Notes under the pieces: model-generated
Databases searched by the model: none
Told to the model about the DNA's origin: nothing
Seen by the model: the letters and a program-made list of their open reading frames with translations, nothing else
Position numbers and translations under genes: made by a program
IMG/VR virus record: IMGVR_UViG_3300037804_000222
Location: 1-64,000 of that record
Direction: 5' to 3' (one strand)
From: a virus
Length of the DNA: 64,000 nucleotides
Shown here: positions 31,468 through 39,827 of the stretch, one piece after another
Position numbering within the stretch: position 1 is the first letter of the stretch
Layout: each line of letters opens with the position of its first letter

Positions 31468-32465
31468 ACATGTTCTATTAGTTCAGCCGTTCTTCTAACT
31501 CCGTGAAGAGCAATGAAGTCCGAAAAATCTTTTACTTTATGATCAAAGGTACTAAATTTTCCGTTAGTAAAAAATAACGGCGTAAACCCGTATAACTTTC
31601 TATGCTTATTTGCAAAAGTTACACCAGTACGATCAAAATCATATAATATGTATATTTTGCCAAATCTGTCATATAAATTATCTACAACATCTGCAGGAAT
31701 GACACAACTTTCCGAAGAAGGTGCAATAGAGGGGATTTCAAATATATCCAAACACATAGCATCTTTTAATGCTTTAGTAATAACTAGCGTGTCTCCGCTT
31801 TTAGGCAGTTGGCTCAAACCTTGAAGGTCAGACGCGCTAGTATTACTAAGCCATTTATATACTAAGCTATATGGTTGGTATATTTTCATCTTACCATCAC
31901 CAAAGTCGAAGGCATAAATAGGATTATATTTGTTACTACTAACAATGAGATTACCGTTAATCCATACATGTAGTACAGGTTTAACGTTAAACTTATTTAA
32001 TATAGCACAATCAATTCCAAATTTAGACCAAAACTCTTTATCTTCTTTAGAATTCCAAGGACGCGATTTAATTTGTATAGTAGTAGAAGAGAGTTCAATA
32101 TTTGCAAGCTCTTTTATGTGTACTCCTACATATTGTTTAGTAGGAGTTGTAAAAGATGTATTAGAAATACCCAGCTGAAAATCGTTATCTATGAGACGAT
32201 ATGTGGCAAATCTAGTAAGGCCAAACATTTTAGTTAAAAATGTAAAACAATCACCAGTCTCACCAGTACTAAAGTCTTTAAAGAAGAATTTTCCACTATT
32301 ATGTCTAAAAACAGTGAACGAAGGAGATTTATCTTTACGAAGAGGAGAGCACATAGCTCTCGTCGCTCTAAAATCTTTTCCTATATAATAAGCAAAGATG
32401 TCTAAGCAGGTTACCCTGCTTAGAATCTCATCTTCACTTAATTCTACTACTTTACTACCGTACAT
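31389..32465 (-). CDS. dnaG: DNA primase (DnaG-like, TOPRIM)
   Basis: SPLRKDKSPSF, FKDFSTGETGD, KIYQP, ITKALKDAM, YDFDRTG and KDFSD; degenerate N-terminal Zn-finger region. Confidence 0.85.
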   Translation of the reverse strand: MYGSKVVELSEDEILSRVTCLDIFAYYIGKDFRATRAMCSPLRKDKSPSFTVFRHNSGKFFFKDFSTGETGDCFTFLTKMFGLTRFATYRLIDNDFQLGISNTSFTTPTKQYVGVHIKELANIELSSTTIQIKSRPWNSKEDKEFWSKFGIDCAILNKFNVKPVLHVWINGNLIVSSNKYNPIYAFDFGDGKMKIYQPYSLVYKWLSNTSASDLQGLSQLPKSGDTLVITKALKDAMCLDIFEIPSIAPSSESCVIPADVVDNLYDRFGKIYILYDFDRTGVTFANKHRKLYGFTPLFFTNGKFSTFDHKVKDFSDFIALHGVRRTAELIEHVCQEEYSYQETCRQVKTVEDGQGDTL

Positions 32466-33019
32466 TAGAACGGCATTTCAGCTCCACCAGTAGCTAATAC
32501 TGTTTCTGGAGCTGTAGCAGCAGCATCTGGTTCAGGTTTAACTAATTTCTTTTTATTCCAGTCTGAAATATAGATATTAGTTTTCTCTGTAGGGATGTCC
32601 ATGCTTTCAATAAAATTAGGAAATTTAGGAAGTGATACATATTTACCCTTGTAAATAAATAACATTCTAAATTTTCTACCTATATATTTCTGCCCTAAAA
32701 GGCTTGTAACTTTGTTACCGTACTCTGCAAATGTTGTTACATTGTCGATAACAAATTCTGGTTCAGGCATACACTTAGTAGCAATATGCTTAACACGACG
32801 AGATACATCTGTAGCTTGCTTCTCTACATCTCCAAAATCTGGATTAGCAGGGAATTCTGCATGCTTAACTGTTGCACCATTTGGTTGCTTAAACTCAAAG
32901 TCTAAACGCCCACCTTTATCCATATTTAAGGATACACTTACTAATTCGCAGTTTTCTACGATACCTACTGCTGGCATTACTCCACCAGTACTGTTGCTTT
33001 CTACGTTACTTCCGTACAT
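32465..33019 (-). CDS. Putative single-stranded DNA-binding protein
   Basis: Beta-rich N-terminus and a flexible tail ending ...AEMPF (SSB-like PF tail); adjacent to the AAA ATPase and primase. Confidence 0.5.
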   Translation of the reverse strand: MYGSNVESNSTGGVMPAVGIVENCELVSVSLNMDKGGRLDFEFKQPNGATVKHAEFPANPDFGDVEKQATDVSRRVKHIATKCMPEPEFVIDNVTTFAEYGNKVTSLLGQKYIGRKFRMLFIYKGKYVSLPKFPNFIESMDIPTEKTNIYISDWNKKKLVKPEPDAAATAPETVLATGGAEMPF

Positions 33020-33048
33020 TTTTCTCTCTTTTAAGAATTAATTACTAA

Positions 33049-33726
33049 TTATTGATACTCTTCGATAGCTTGTGCTACCAATGATAAATCGTTTGGAATT
33101 TTAACAGATCCAAACATGTCTTTAGGGGCTTTCCCTGTATTAGCACCATCATTTTCTGTAATGAATGAATACTCCATACCGTTCTCACCCTTCGTTACGT
33201 CTGTGTACAATACAATTGTAAACATACCCTCAAGAGTAACTACATTGTCCATCATTTTACCGATAGTTTTAGCTTTGGTAACTTTATTACCGTGGGCATC
33301 AAATGTAACTTCTGAGTGCATCATAAACACAACTAATAAATCATCGCGCATAGCTTTAACTGCATTGATAACTGACCAAGCATTCTGAGCAATCTCAGTA
33401 AACTTTTTGAAACCAGTTTCGTTAGCTCTACGCATGTATTCATTAGCCATAGTGTATTGATAATCATCAACAATAATCGTCTTGATTTCAGGACGCTTCT
33501 CGTTAATGTAATTCAAACATCCAAGAATTTCATGTGGCACATCTGTAGAACAGAAATTACCTTTAGGATTCTCTTTGTCGAATGTGGGATACTTAGTCTT
33601 CCATCCTTTAAACGGTAATGCTTTACGAGCTACGTTTACAATAAAGGTTGACTCAGGGTTTAAGTTCTCAATTGAGGTGGATTTCCCTGTTCCACTAGCG
33701 CCAACTATTAATACTTCTTGTGCCAT
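33049..33726 (-). CDS. AAA-family ATPase (Sak4-like recombinase)
   Basis: Walker A GASGTGKS, Walker B IIVDD, then KTIGKM.D...LEG.F..VL. Confidence 0.8.
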   Translation of the reverse strand: MAQEVLIVGASGTGKSTSIENLNPESTFIVNVARKALPFKGWKTKYPTFDKENPKGNFCSTDVPHEILGCLNYINEKRPEIKTIIVDDYQYTMANEYMRRANETGFKKFTEIAQNAWSVINAVKAMRDDLLVVFMMHSEVTFDAHGNKVTKAKTIGKMMDNVVTLEGMFTIVLYTDVTKGENGMEYSFITENDGANTGKAPKDMFGSVKIPNDLSLVAQAIEEYQ

Positions 33727-34023
33727 TTAAAATAGATTAATTTCGGTTTTTACTTTGCTTTCTTCTGCGTGTCTAGCATCCCATTTGGTTCCTCTAAGCT
33801 CTGTGTGTTTTTCTTGAAGTTTACGACGACACCGACTCACTCCTTCAAATGAAGGGTAGCTTTTATCATGTAAACCTTTTAGAAAATCTTTAGTGCTTAG
33901 TGTATGTATATTGACATTGTGTGACAATAATACAAAACCATATAGAACATAGTCGCAATCTCTAGCCTTTGACTTATGAAGAAGGATTGATGATACCTTC
34001 TTCTCGTACTTCTTGATCTTCAT
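33727..34023 (-). CDS. Hypothetical protein
   Basis: 98 aa; RD.D..L and R.RRKLQE..P/T.LRG pattern seen in phage proteins. Confidence 0.55.
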   Translation of the reverse strand: MKIKKYEKKVSSILLHKSKARDCDYVLYGFVLLSHNVNIHTLSTKDFLKGLHDKSYPSFEGVSRCRRKLQEKHTELRGTKWDARHAEESKVKTEINLF

Positions 34024-34969
34024 TGCTCGAATAGGTTGGTGGTTTAGCGTCTAATATTTGATTATGAGCCAAATCATTTTCCATAAGCGCAATGCAAGGC
34101 TCGCCCTCCCTAACCTTCAAGTAATGCCAAAATATAGCATTATCTGTAGGCCATCTCTTTGGGCCATATGCCCTAATACCAAGCATCTCTGGTCTGTGTG
34201 TTACAATGACAATGTCAGAATACATATAACATGCATCTGCACCAAAAATATCTTGTTTCTTAGGGTAATGTAAATCAGGATTTTGGATACGTTCTGAATT
34301 CTCTATGTTACGATTCATTTGAGATATTAGAATAAATGCTACTCTAATAACCTTTTTTAAACCGTTAAACATAGCCATCAAATCATAGAGTAAATCTCTA
34401 TCTTGTGCTCCGCCTACCTTCTTTACAAGTAAAGTATGATCTAACATGATTATAACAGGTTTGTCTTTCTCTTTAGAGAATGCTAATATAGTTGCCTCTA
34501 AAGCTTTAACACTACCTGGTATATCTACATAATTTATATCATACTTATTTAACTTGCGAGCCTCTTGTACAGCGTTCATATAGTAATTATCGTTAAGCGT
34601 AAAGCTTTCCGACGCACTATAGAGTTGCTGTGTAGTAAGTTTCATCTTGTTACTAAGCTTACGGCCAATCAGCCGTGAAGAGAGCATCTCAAAGTTAAAT
34701 GATAGTATTGCAAAATCGTCATTTTGATTAAGATCTTTCAATCCTGTTTCAAGTTGACCGAGTACTGCAGTTTTACCGCTACCAGACATACCAGCAATAG
34801 TTGTGATAGTCTGCCATTCTATTCCTCCCATAGAAATATTATTAAACTTTTTCCATGGGGTGATTAGAGATTTAATAATTCCTTTTCTTCTGCCATCTAT
34901 GTAGCGTAATGCTGCACTAGAGGCTTTAGATATGTGGCGCCAAGGTAATGCTTTCTGTTCCTCGCTCAT
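33974..34969 (-). CDS. dnaB: DnaB-like replicative helicase (C-terminal ATPase domain only)
   Basis: AGMSGSGKT, FNFEM, LDHTLL, ISQMNR, D.FGAD and KVREG motifs. Confidence 0.88.
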   Translation of the reverse strand: MSEEQKALPWRHISKASSAALRYIDGRRKGIIKSLITPWKKFNNISMGGIEWQTITTIAGMSGSGKTAVLGQLETGLKDLNQNDDFAILSFNFEMLSSRLIGRKLSNKMKLTTQQLYSASESFTLNDNYYMNAVQEARKLNKYDINYVDIPGSVKALEATILAFSKEKDKPVIIMLDHTLLVKKVGGAQDRDLLYDLMAMFNGLKKVIRVAFILISQMNRNIENSERIQNPDLHYPKKQDIFGADACYMYSDIVIVTHRPEMLGIRAYGPKRWPTDNAIFWHYLKVREGEPCIALMENDLAHNQILDAKPPTYSSNEDQEVREEGIINPSS

Positions 34970-35511
34970 ACTAAATCTTCTCCATAAGTTTGTTCGTCTT
35001 CTATTGGCTCGTTATGTTCTGTGTTTTCATACATAGTCCAAGCTTCTTGGTTTATATATGAACTCATCATCTTCCAACGAGGACGAAATTCATTAATCCA
35101 ACTTGCACGTTTTCTATCTTCTTTCTCATTTTCTAGAGCTTGTAAAATAGTTTCATGTAAATCTGGATTTTTTTCTACTAATGATAAATATTTAAGTTTA
35201 TTACGCTTTTTATCATTATGTAAAGGGCGACTTTGATCCTTCATAGGATAAGCTACCACAAATTGATTCCAACAATCCTCACATCCTCGTACTTTAAATA
35301 AATCCAACGCTTTTTGACGGAGCATAAATGACTGATCGGGCATTATTTTAATAAAGCCACGGGTCTGTAATTTTTCACTGTCTATAGGTAGAATTTCTAA
35401 ATATTTTTGAACTTGTTTATCTCCTTCGCTTTTAAGAAGCATATAAACAAACTCACTAGGAGTAAGCTTGTTGCCCTTCAACTTGGTTAAGTTTAAAGAC
35501 ACTTTCATCAC
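34966..35511 (-). CDS. Putative replication initiator / helicase loader
   Basis: W..F...YP.K and ..YINQEAW motifs; ATGA-coupled to dnaB. Confidence 0.45.
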   Translation of the reverse strand: MMKVSLNLTKLKGNKLTPSEFVYMLLKSEGDKQVQKYLEILPIDSEKLQTRGFIKIMPDQSFMLRQKALDLFKVRGCEDCWNQFVVAYPMKDQSRPLHNDKKRNKLKYLSLVEKNPDLHETILQALENEKEDRKRASWINEFRPRWKMMSSYINQEAWTMYENTEHNEPIEDEQTYGEDLV

Positions 35512-35600
35512 AGTTTAGATATTTATCGAGTTCCTCTTCAGTTAAGCTTACCAGAGAATCGTCTGGTAAACATCTTAATTCTTCTTCACATTCAATACAA

Positions 35601-35840
35601 TTAATCATGATACTTTATATTACCTTCAGAATCCCTATTTTGCTCTGATGCCTGCACCGTAAAGAGATATAAATATACGTCTTTTTTAGATACTATGCAA
35701 CCAAATTCCATTTGCATTATCTCTGCTATTGCAGCTGGAGCTAAAGTCTCTAAATCTTGATAATAGAATTTCAACACTTGAAAAATGTGAAATATCTCAT
35801 CAAAATTTAGAGCTTTGCCTTTATAGGGGCTTTCTTTCAT
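35601..35840 (-). CDS. Hypothetical protein
   Basis: 79 aa ORF in the operon. Confidence 0.5.
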   Translation of the reverse strand: MKESPYKGKALNFDEIFHIFQVLKFYYQDLETLAPAAIAEIMQMEFGCIVSKKDVYLYLFTVQASEQNRDSEGNIKYHD

Positions 35841-35852
35841 ATTTACATTATT

Positions 35853-36632
35853 TTAATGCCAATGAAGATTATTTTGAGTTTCCTCTAGCAATGCAATTTC
35901 ATCTGCAACATGCTTTTTATAATCTTTTAAGACATAATCTTCTGTAAATGTATGCAATTTTGTGTACTTTTCCAAAGCGTTTGACGGGTGTGCTGCCTTT
36001 AGTGCCTCAGTACATGCGTTATACGCTGACCATAATGTCCGCTCTTTAAACACGGGGGATTCAAACCATTCATTAGCTGCTTTATTCATTTGAGAACCAT
36101 TTAAAATGTGCTCATTTACAAATAATTGGCCAAGATAATCTCCCACCTGTTTATCGCTAAATTGTATTTCTTTCATAAACCCTGCATCTTCATGTGCTTG
36201 TTTATATCTACGATCTACATCTTCAAATAATTTTTGAATCAATACATCAAGATCGTCTTGCACATTTTGTGTGTGTTTACGCATATTGATAATATCACCT
36301 ACAAACATTAAGTTAGAGCACACCATTACTGATGCTCCTCCACACAATCCTATAGGTAATGTTTTATCATAAGAGTTACGGAAGCCAATAGTTCTATTCA
36401 TACCGCTTCCGTTTGACATACTAGCTCCATCGTGAAACGTTAAGCTGCCAAACATTTGTTGGCCTCTGTGGTTTACCTCTAGTTTTTCTTTGTGCGGGGA
36501 CACTCCATAATGTTTTGTGCCCGCCTCTTTAATTCTTGTTACTAATTCTTGGTGACTTACTGGTACATAAGTCTCTGTTTGAGCTGGCACTGTTATCATG
36601 CCTAGCTCACCGAAATCTACTACTTTTGCCAT
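35853..36632 (-). CDS. DUF932-like protein
   Basis: Y.PVSHQE, G.RNSYDKT, VCSNLMF, RKHT and TLWSAYNA.TE motifs. Confidence 0.7.
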   Translation of the reverse strand: MAKVVDFGELGMITVPAQTETYVPVSHQELVTRIKEAGTKHYGVSPHKEKLEVNHRGQQMFGSLTFHDGASMSNGSGMNRTIGFRNSYDKTLPIGLCGGASVMVCSNLMFVGDIINMRKHTQNVQDDLDVLIQKLFEDVDRRYKQAHEDAGFMKEIQFSDKQVGDYLGQLFVNEHILNGSQMNKAANEWFESPVFKERTLWSAYNACTEALKAAHPSNALEKYTKLHTFTEDYVLKDYKKHVADEIALLEETQNNLHWH

Positions 36633-36846
36633 TGCTTCCGTTTGTTTTAGGGTCCTTATATGTCTTCAAGTACTTAAATGCACGAGAAGGATTAACTTTG
36701 GGTGCTTCGTCCCAACCAAATTGTAACTTAAATGAATGATCAGTTACAAATTTTGTGGCGGGAGGATGCTTAACTTTAATAAGCTCTTTGTCGACTTTTA
36801 CCTTTTTAATCAAAGGTTTGTAGTCTAAATAAGTTTTACTAGGCAT
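36607..36846 (-). CDS. Hypothetical protein
   Basis: 79 aa basic ORF. Confidence 0.5.
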   Translation of the reverse strand: MPSKTYLDYKPLIKKVKVDKELIKVKHPPATKFVTDHSFKLQFGWDEAPKVNPSRAFKYLKTYKDPKTNGSNGKSSRFR

Positions 36847-36848
36847 AT

Positions 36849-37025
36849 CTATACTTTTGTTTTTAGTTCTTCAATCTCTGTTTCAAGTATATCTGTAGCT
36901 TCTGTTAATAATTTAACTTGTTTTTGCAGCGAATTTAATTGCTGCTGTTGTAATAATACTAACTCTGCTAATTTAGATGTTCCTGTTGAAAGATTTTGTT
37001 CTGAAGGTTTAGTTTCTACGTCCAT
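36849..37025 (-). CDS. Small coiled-coil protein (58 aa, MDVETKPSEQ...)
   Basis: ATG to TAG frame tightly packed between neighbours. Confidence 0.5.
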   Translation of the reverse strand: MDVETKPSEQNLSTGTSKLAELVLLQQQQLNSLQKQVKLLTEATDILETEIEELKTKV

Positions 37026-37195
37026 TTGTGGTTTTTCTTTTTTCTTTTAGTTTTACCTCTAGGTACATCCACATAATTAATTGGTGCACTCGTTCTTTTT
37101 CTTTCTTTTTTAGCTGCAGTATTAAACTGCGCTATTGACCAGCATACATATAATCCTATTACACATATTACTGCTAACATAATTTCTAATGCCAT
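37016..37195 (-). CDS. Small membrane-anchored basic protein (59 aa, MALEIMLAVICVIG...)
   Basis: N-terminal hydrophobic helix and Lys/Arg-rich tail. Confidence 0.5.
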   Translation of the reverse strand: MALEIMLAVICVIGLYVCWSIAQFNTAAKKERKRTSAPINYVDVPRGKTKRKKKNHKWT

Positions 37196-37196
37196 A

Positions 37197-37343
37197 TTAC
37201 TCTTGTTTTAGTTCTTTAAGTTTTTTTTCAAGTTCTTCAATTGTTCTGACATGAAATTGGGAAGGTCTATTTCGATTGTATTGTTCAATACGCCATTCCT
37301 CCTCTCTTTTGAGTCTAATCCACTCTTCTTTCATTTTCCCCAT
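37197..37343 (-). CDS. Small hypothetical protein (48 aa, MGKMKEEW...)
   Basis: Tightly packed ORF; MGKMKE-type start. Confidence 0.5.
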   Translation of the reverse strand: MGKMKEEWIRLKREEEWRIEQYNRNRPSQFHVRTIEELEKKLKELKQE

Positions 37344-37470
37344 CTTGGTTTAAATTTTTTAAAGGTTTCTTAACCTTTAGTTAATACTTCTATTGCCAAT
37401 TAATAGTATATTCACTTCATGAAAAGATCCACAAAATTTATATATGCACTTTTAATGGCAATAGTTTATA

Positions 37471-37794
37471 CTATAGCTCTCTTAAGCTAGTCACTAAATT
37501 ACTTAATGATTCTATACTAGTTATTTTAGTGTTATCTTCCAGATACACATAAAAGTCTGGCTCATCTATAGATGTTGATAGAAAATGAATTCCAGCTATA
37601 TCTAAAGAATAATATATATATCCTGCAGCAATATAATTTTTACCTATCTCAGGTTTTTGATATACTTCTTCAAATCCTAAAGTTAATAATGCTAGTGGTG
37701 TTACATCTGATTTTTCAAAATCTTTAATAGATTTTTCTAATCGTTCTTTGTTTGCTGTAGAGGATGTAAGATACTCTGTTTCATCTTGTTCCAT
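37471..37794 (-). CDS. Protein with N-terminal YefM-antitoxin-like peptide
   Basis: DETEYLTSSTANKERLEKSI resembles the E. coli YefM C-terminus [20 protein letters not shown]; fused to a TPLALLTLGFEE phage domain. Confidence 0.6.
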   Translation of the reverse strand: MEQDETEYLTSSTANKERLEKSIKDFEKSDVTPLALLTLGFEEVYQKPEIGKNYIAAGYIYYSLDIAGIHFLSTSIDEPDFYVYLEDNTKITSIESLSNLVTSLREL

Positions 37795-37797
37795 AAA

Positions 37798-38046
37798 TTA
37801 AGGTTTTAGTTTGGTTAAATCTAATACAGGCTCTTGTGTTCCATAAATTAAGTTTTTTTGCTCTTCAAGATAATTATTTACAAAAGCAATGATCGCTTTT
37901 TCAATATCTTTAGTTATTCTTTTTTTCATAGCCTTTTTCTTTTTACGGGGAAGTTTGTAATACCTCCTTGTATAAGGCAATAACTCTTTTAGAGTTTCAT
38001 GGCTAAAGTTTATTCTTTTCTTCCCCATAAAATAATTGTTTTTCAC
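37798..38046 (-). CDS. Hypothetical basic protein
   Basis: KLPRKKKK motif; start uncertain. Confidence 0.5.
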   Translation of the reverse strand: MKNNYFMGKKRINFSHETLKELLPYTRRYYKLPRKKKKAMKKRITKDIEKAIIAFVNNYLEEQKNLIYGTQEPVLDLTKLKP

Positions 38047-38099
38047 TGTTAATAATCGTTTTTCACCTATATTTCGCCAAACCCACCTACTATAGAAAG

Positions 38100-38760
38100 T
38101 TATGGCAGGTTATAACCTGATAAAATGTTCGTGAACGTACGGCTATAGCCTGATGAGATTGTTCAGTGGACTGAACAATTGTCCAGTTTTTTGATTAATA
38201 AACTGGACATTTGTCGCTTTTTTTGCGACAGTTGGCTGTAGGAGAAGGATTCGAACCTCCACGTAGTAGTTAGCTAAAGGACAGATTTTAACCAGGGCGC
38301 TGCGCAGCTTGGTGGTCAATCCCATTATCCTTAGTTTATCCTATAATCTACACCCCCGAGACAGGAGGGTATGTCTGCCAATTTCATCACCCTACATTAA
38401 ATTTGTACGTATTCCGTACATATATAGGTTTTCCTTTTTGTTAACGTCAACAAAATGGTTTACTCCGTCAGTTGCTCCGTCAACAAAAGGGTTTACTTAT
38501 AGTTACAAATGTAAACAACTTAGTATAACTTTTAACTATACTTAAAACTTATTGCTCTATTCCCCAAATAAACGGTTTTTCTGCGATTGTAATCACCAAA
38601 TAACCGAAAATGAAGCTCAAGCTAACCTTAATTGTGTCTCATATTTGATACAAAATGAGCTTTATTGGTGCAAATATGCACCACATCTGCACCACATTAG
38701 GTTTGTTTTGTTACAGTTTGACAATCATTTTACCCTTGTTTTGATACACAAACAAGTTTG
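38100..38760. repeat. Array of diverse short inverted repeats, part 1 (interrupted by a tRNA-like gene)
   Basis: CAGGTTATAACCTG 38106, GGCTATAGCC 38141, ATTGTTCAGT-GG-ACTGAACAAT 38158, TGTCCAGTTT..AAACTGGACA 38180, TGTCGC-T7-GCGACA 38212, TGTACG..CGTACA 38404, TTTTGTT..AACAAAA 38436, AGTATA..TATACT 38522, GGTGCA..TGCACC 38667, CTTGTTT..AAACAAG 38735. Confidence 0.85.
38233..38396 (-). tRNA. Atypical tRNA-like RNA: GUC anticodon, class II-type D-arm, about 90-nt variable arm, encoded CCA
   Basis: Acceptor TGTAGGG/TCCTACA-G-CCA; D-arm ATG-AAATTGGCAGA-CAT; anticodon arm CCCTC-CTGTCTC-GGGGG; T-arm GGAGG-TTCGAAT-CCTTC. Confidence 0.8.
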
Positions 38761-38761
38761 A

Positions 38762-39019
38762 TTAGAATCTTTTTACATTATCAGACAATGACTCTATGAA
38801 ATTATTTACGCTATCGTACAGCTTTTTCTTTTTCTGCTCTACTTCTGCACATCTTTTTTGGTAATAGGTTATAGCTTCAACGTAAGCATCTTGCTCTGTT
38901 TCTGCTCCCATAGATAAGTTCATTCCTCTTGTTTCATCATACAACCAATAGCCATCCTTACACTCTGATATAGTTAGGCTATCTGTTAGTTTTATGTTAC
39001 TTATTGCTTTACTTGCCAT
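38762..39019 (-). CDS. Hypothetical protein embedded in the palindrome array
   Basis: 85 aa with a good AT-rich leader; DGYWLYD motif. Confidence 0.65.
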   Translation of the reverse strand: MASKAISNIKLTDSLTISECKDGYWLYDETRGMNLSMGAETEQDAYVEAITYYQKRCAEVEQKKKKLYDSVNNFIESLSDNVKRF

Positions 39020-39029
39020 TTTATTTAGC

Positions 39030-39332
39030 TTTTAGTATGTACCAATTTGGTACATAATTAAGTGGTATGTCGGGATTTCCGACTAGTTCAATCTTAGTAA
39101 AATGTCCCAATTATTACCTATTTTCGGTACTTCTGGCGAATTTTTACTAAGATTCTTGATTCGCGAATTGCAAATTAATCTACAAGAATCACAATATAAT
39201 ATGAATTGTGCATGATTTGTCATGCGTTAACCCCATAAACGGTACTTAATGTATGAGAACTCATACAATAATGTGATTTTCGTAGTATTTATATGTAGAA
39301 ACATACAACTGGTGATGATTTGTCACTGGTTG
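39030..39332. repeat. Array of diverse short inverted repeats, part 2
   Basis: TATGTACCAA-T-TTGGTACATA 39036, GTCGG..CCGAC 39069, AATCTTAGTAAAA 39090 / TTTTACTAAGATT 39142, ATTCGCGAAT 39159, CACAAT..ATTGTG 39190, GCATGA..TCATGC 39210, TGTATGAG-AA-CTCATACA 39250, TATGT..ACATA 39292, CAACTGGTGA..TCACTGGTTG 39306. Confidence 0.85.
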
Positions 39333-39827
39333 CTACATACTAGTTTCTATCCAAAGTCCTAAAGCGGTTCCTAATAAAAAGACAAGAAAGAAAACAAATA
39401 CAATAAAAATAACTCTAGATTCGTTTATTCCCTCATTTGTTCCCTCATTTAATCCCTCACTTATTCCCTCATTTGGTTTTTTATACGCTTCTTTTGGAGT
39501 TAAAGGTTTTTTAAAAATATCCTCATTTGTTCCCTTACGTAGTATCCCAGCTGTTTCACATAGCTTCAGGAACTTATTATACTCGCCATCTTTATTGATA
39601 GTGTTAGGTGTTTGGGAATCGCCTGTATCTATTTCGCCAAATACTGATGTATTTATAACGACAACCTCCCCCATATTACGTTGGTAATGTTCTTCTAAGT
39701 CTACAAAGGATTCTCCACATTTGCAATAATCCATTGACCATCTTTTAGCGCTATCGGATTGCTGAATACTATCACAGTACCCACATCTCCATTCCAGTAG
39801 TGTTCTCATGTTTTCTTTTTTAAGCAA
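39333..39827 (-). CDS. Zn-ribbon protein with EG[ILT][NS] repeats and C-terminal transmembrane helix
   Basis: CGYC...CKCG; NEGISEGLNEGTNEGINE; hydrophobic C-terminus. Confidence 0.6.
   Translation of the reverse strand: MLKKENMRTLLEWRCGYCDSIQQSDSAKRWSMDYCKCGESFVDLEEHYQRNMGEVVVINTSVFGEIDTGDSQTPNTINKDGEYNKFLKLCETAGILRKGTNEDIFKKPLTPKEAYKKPNEGISEGLNEGTNEGINESRVIFIVFVFFLVFLLGTALGLWIETSM
39424..39471. repeat. Four 12-bp tandem repeats (consensus TTTATTCCCTCA)
   Basis: TTTATTCCCTCA TTTGTTCCCTCA TTTAATCCCTCA CTTATTCCCTCA; a partial copy lies near 39520. Confidence 0.85.

Noticed and set aside
38143-38761. ORF-track ORFs 38143-38325, 38309-38545 and 38552-38761
   Set aside because: They have non-ATG or poor starts and overlap the tRNA-like gene and palindromes; two run against local gene orientation.
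38100-39332. CRISPR array interpretation of the palindrome region
   Set aside because: There is no recurring repeat unit with spacers; nearly every palindrome is different and no cas genes are present.
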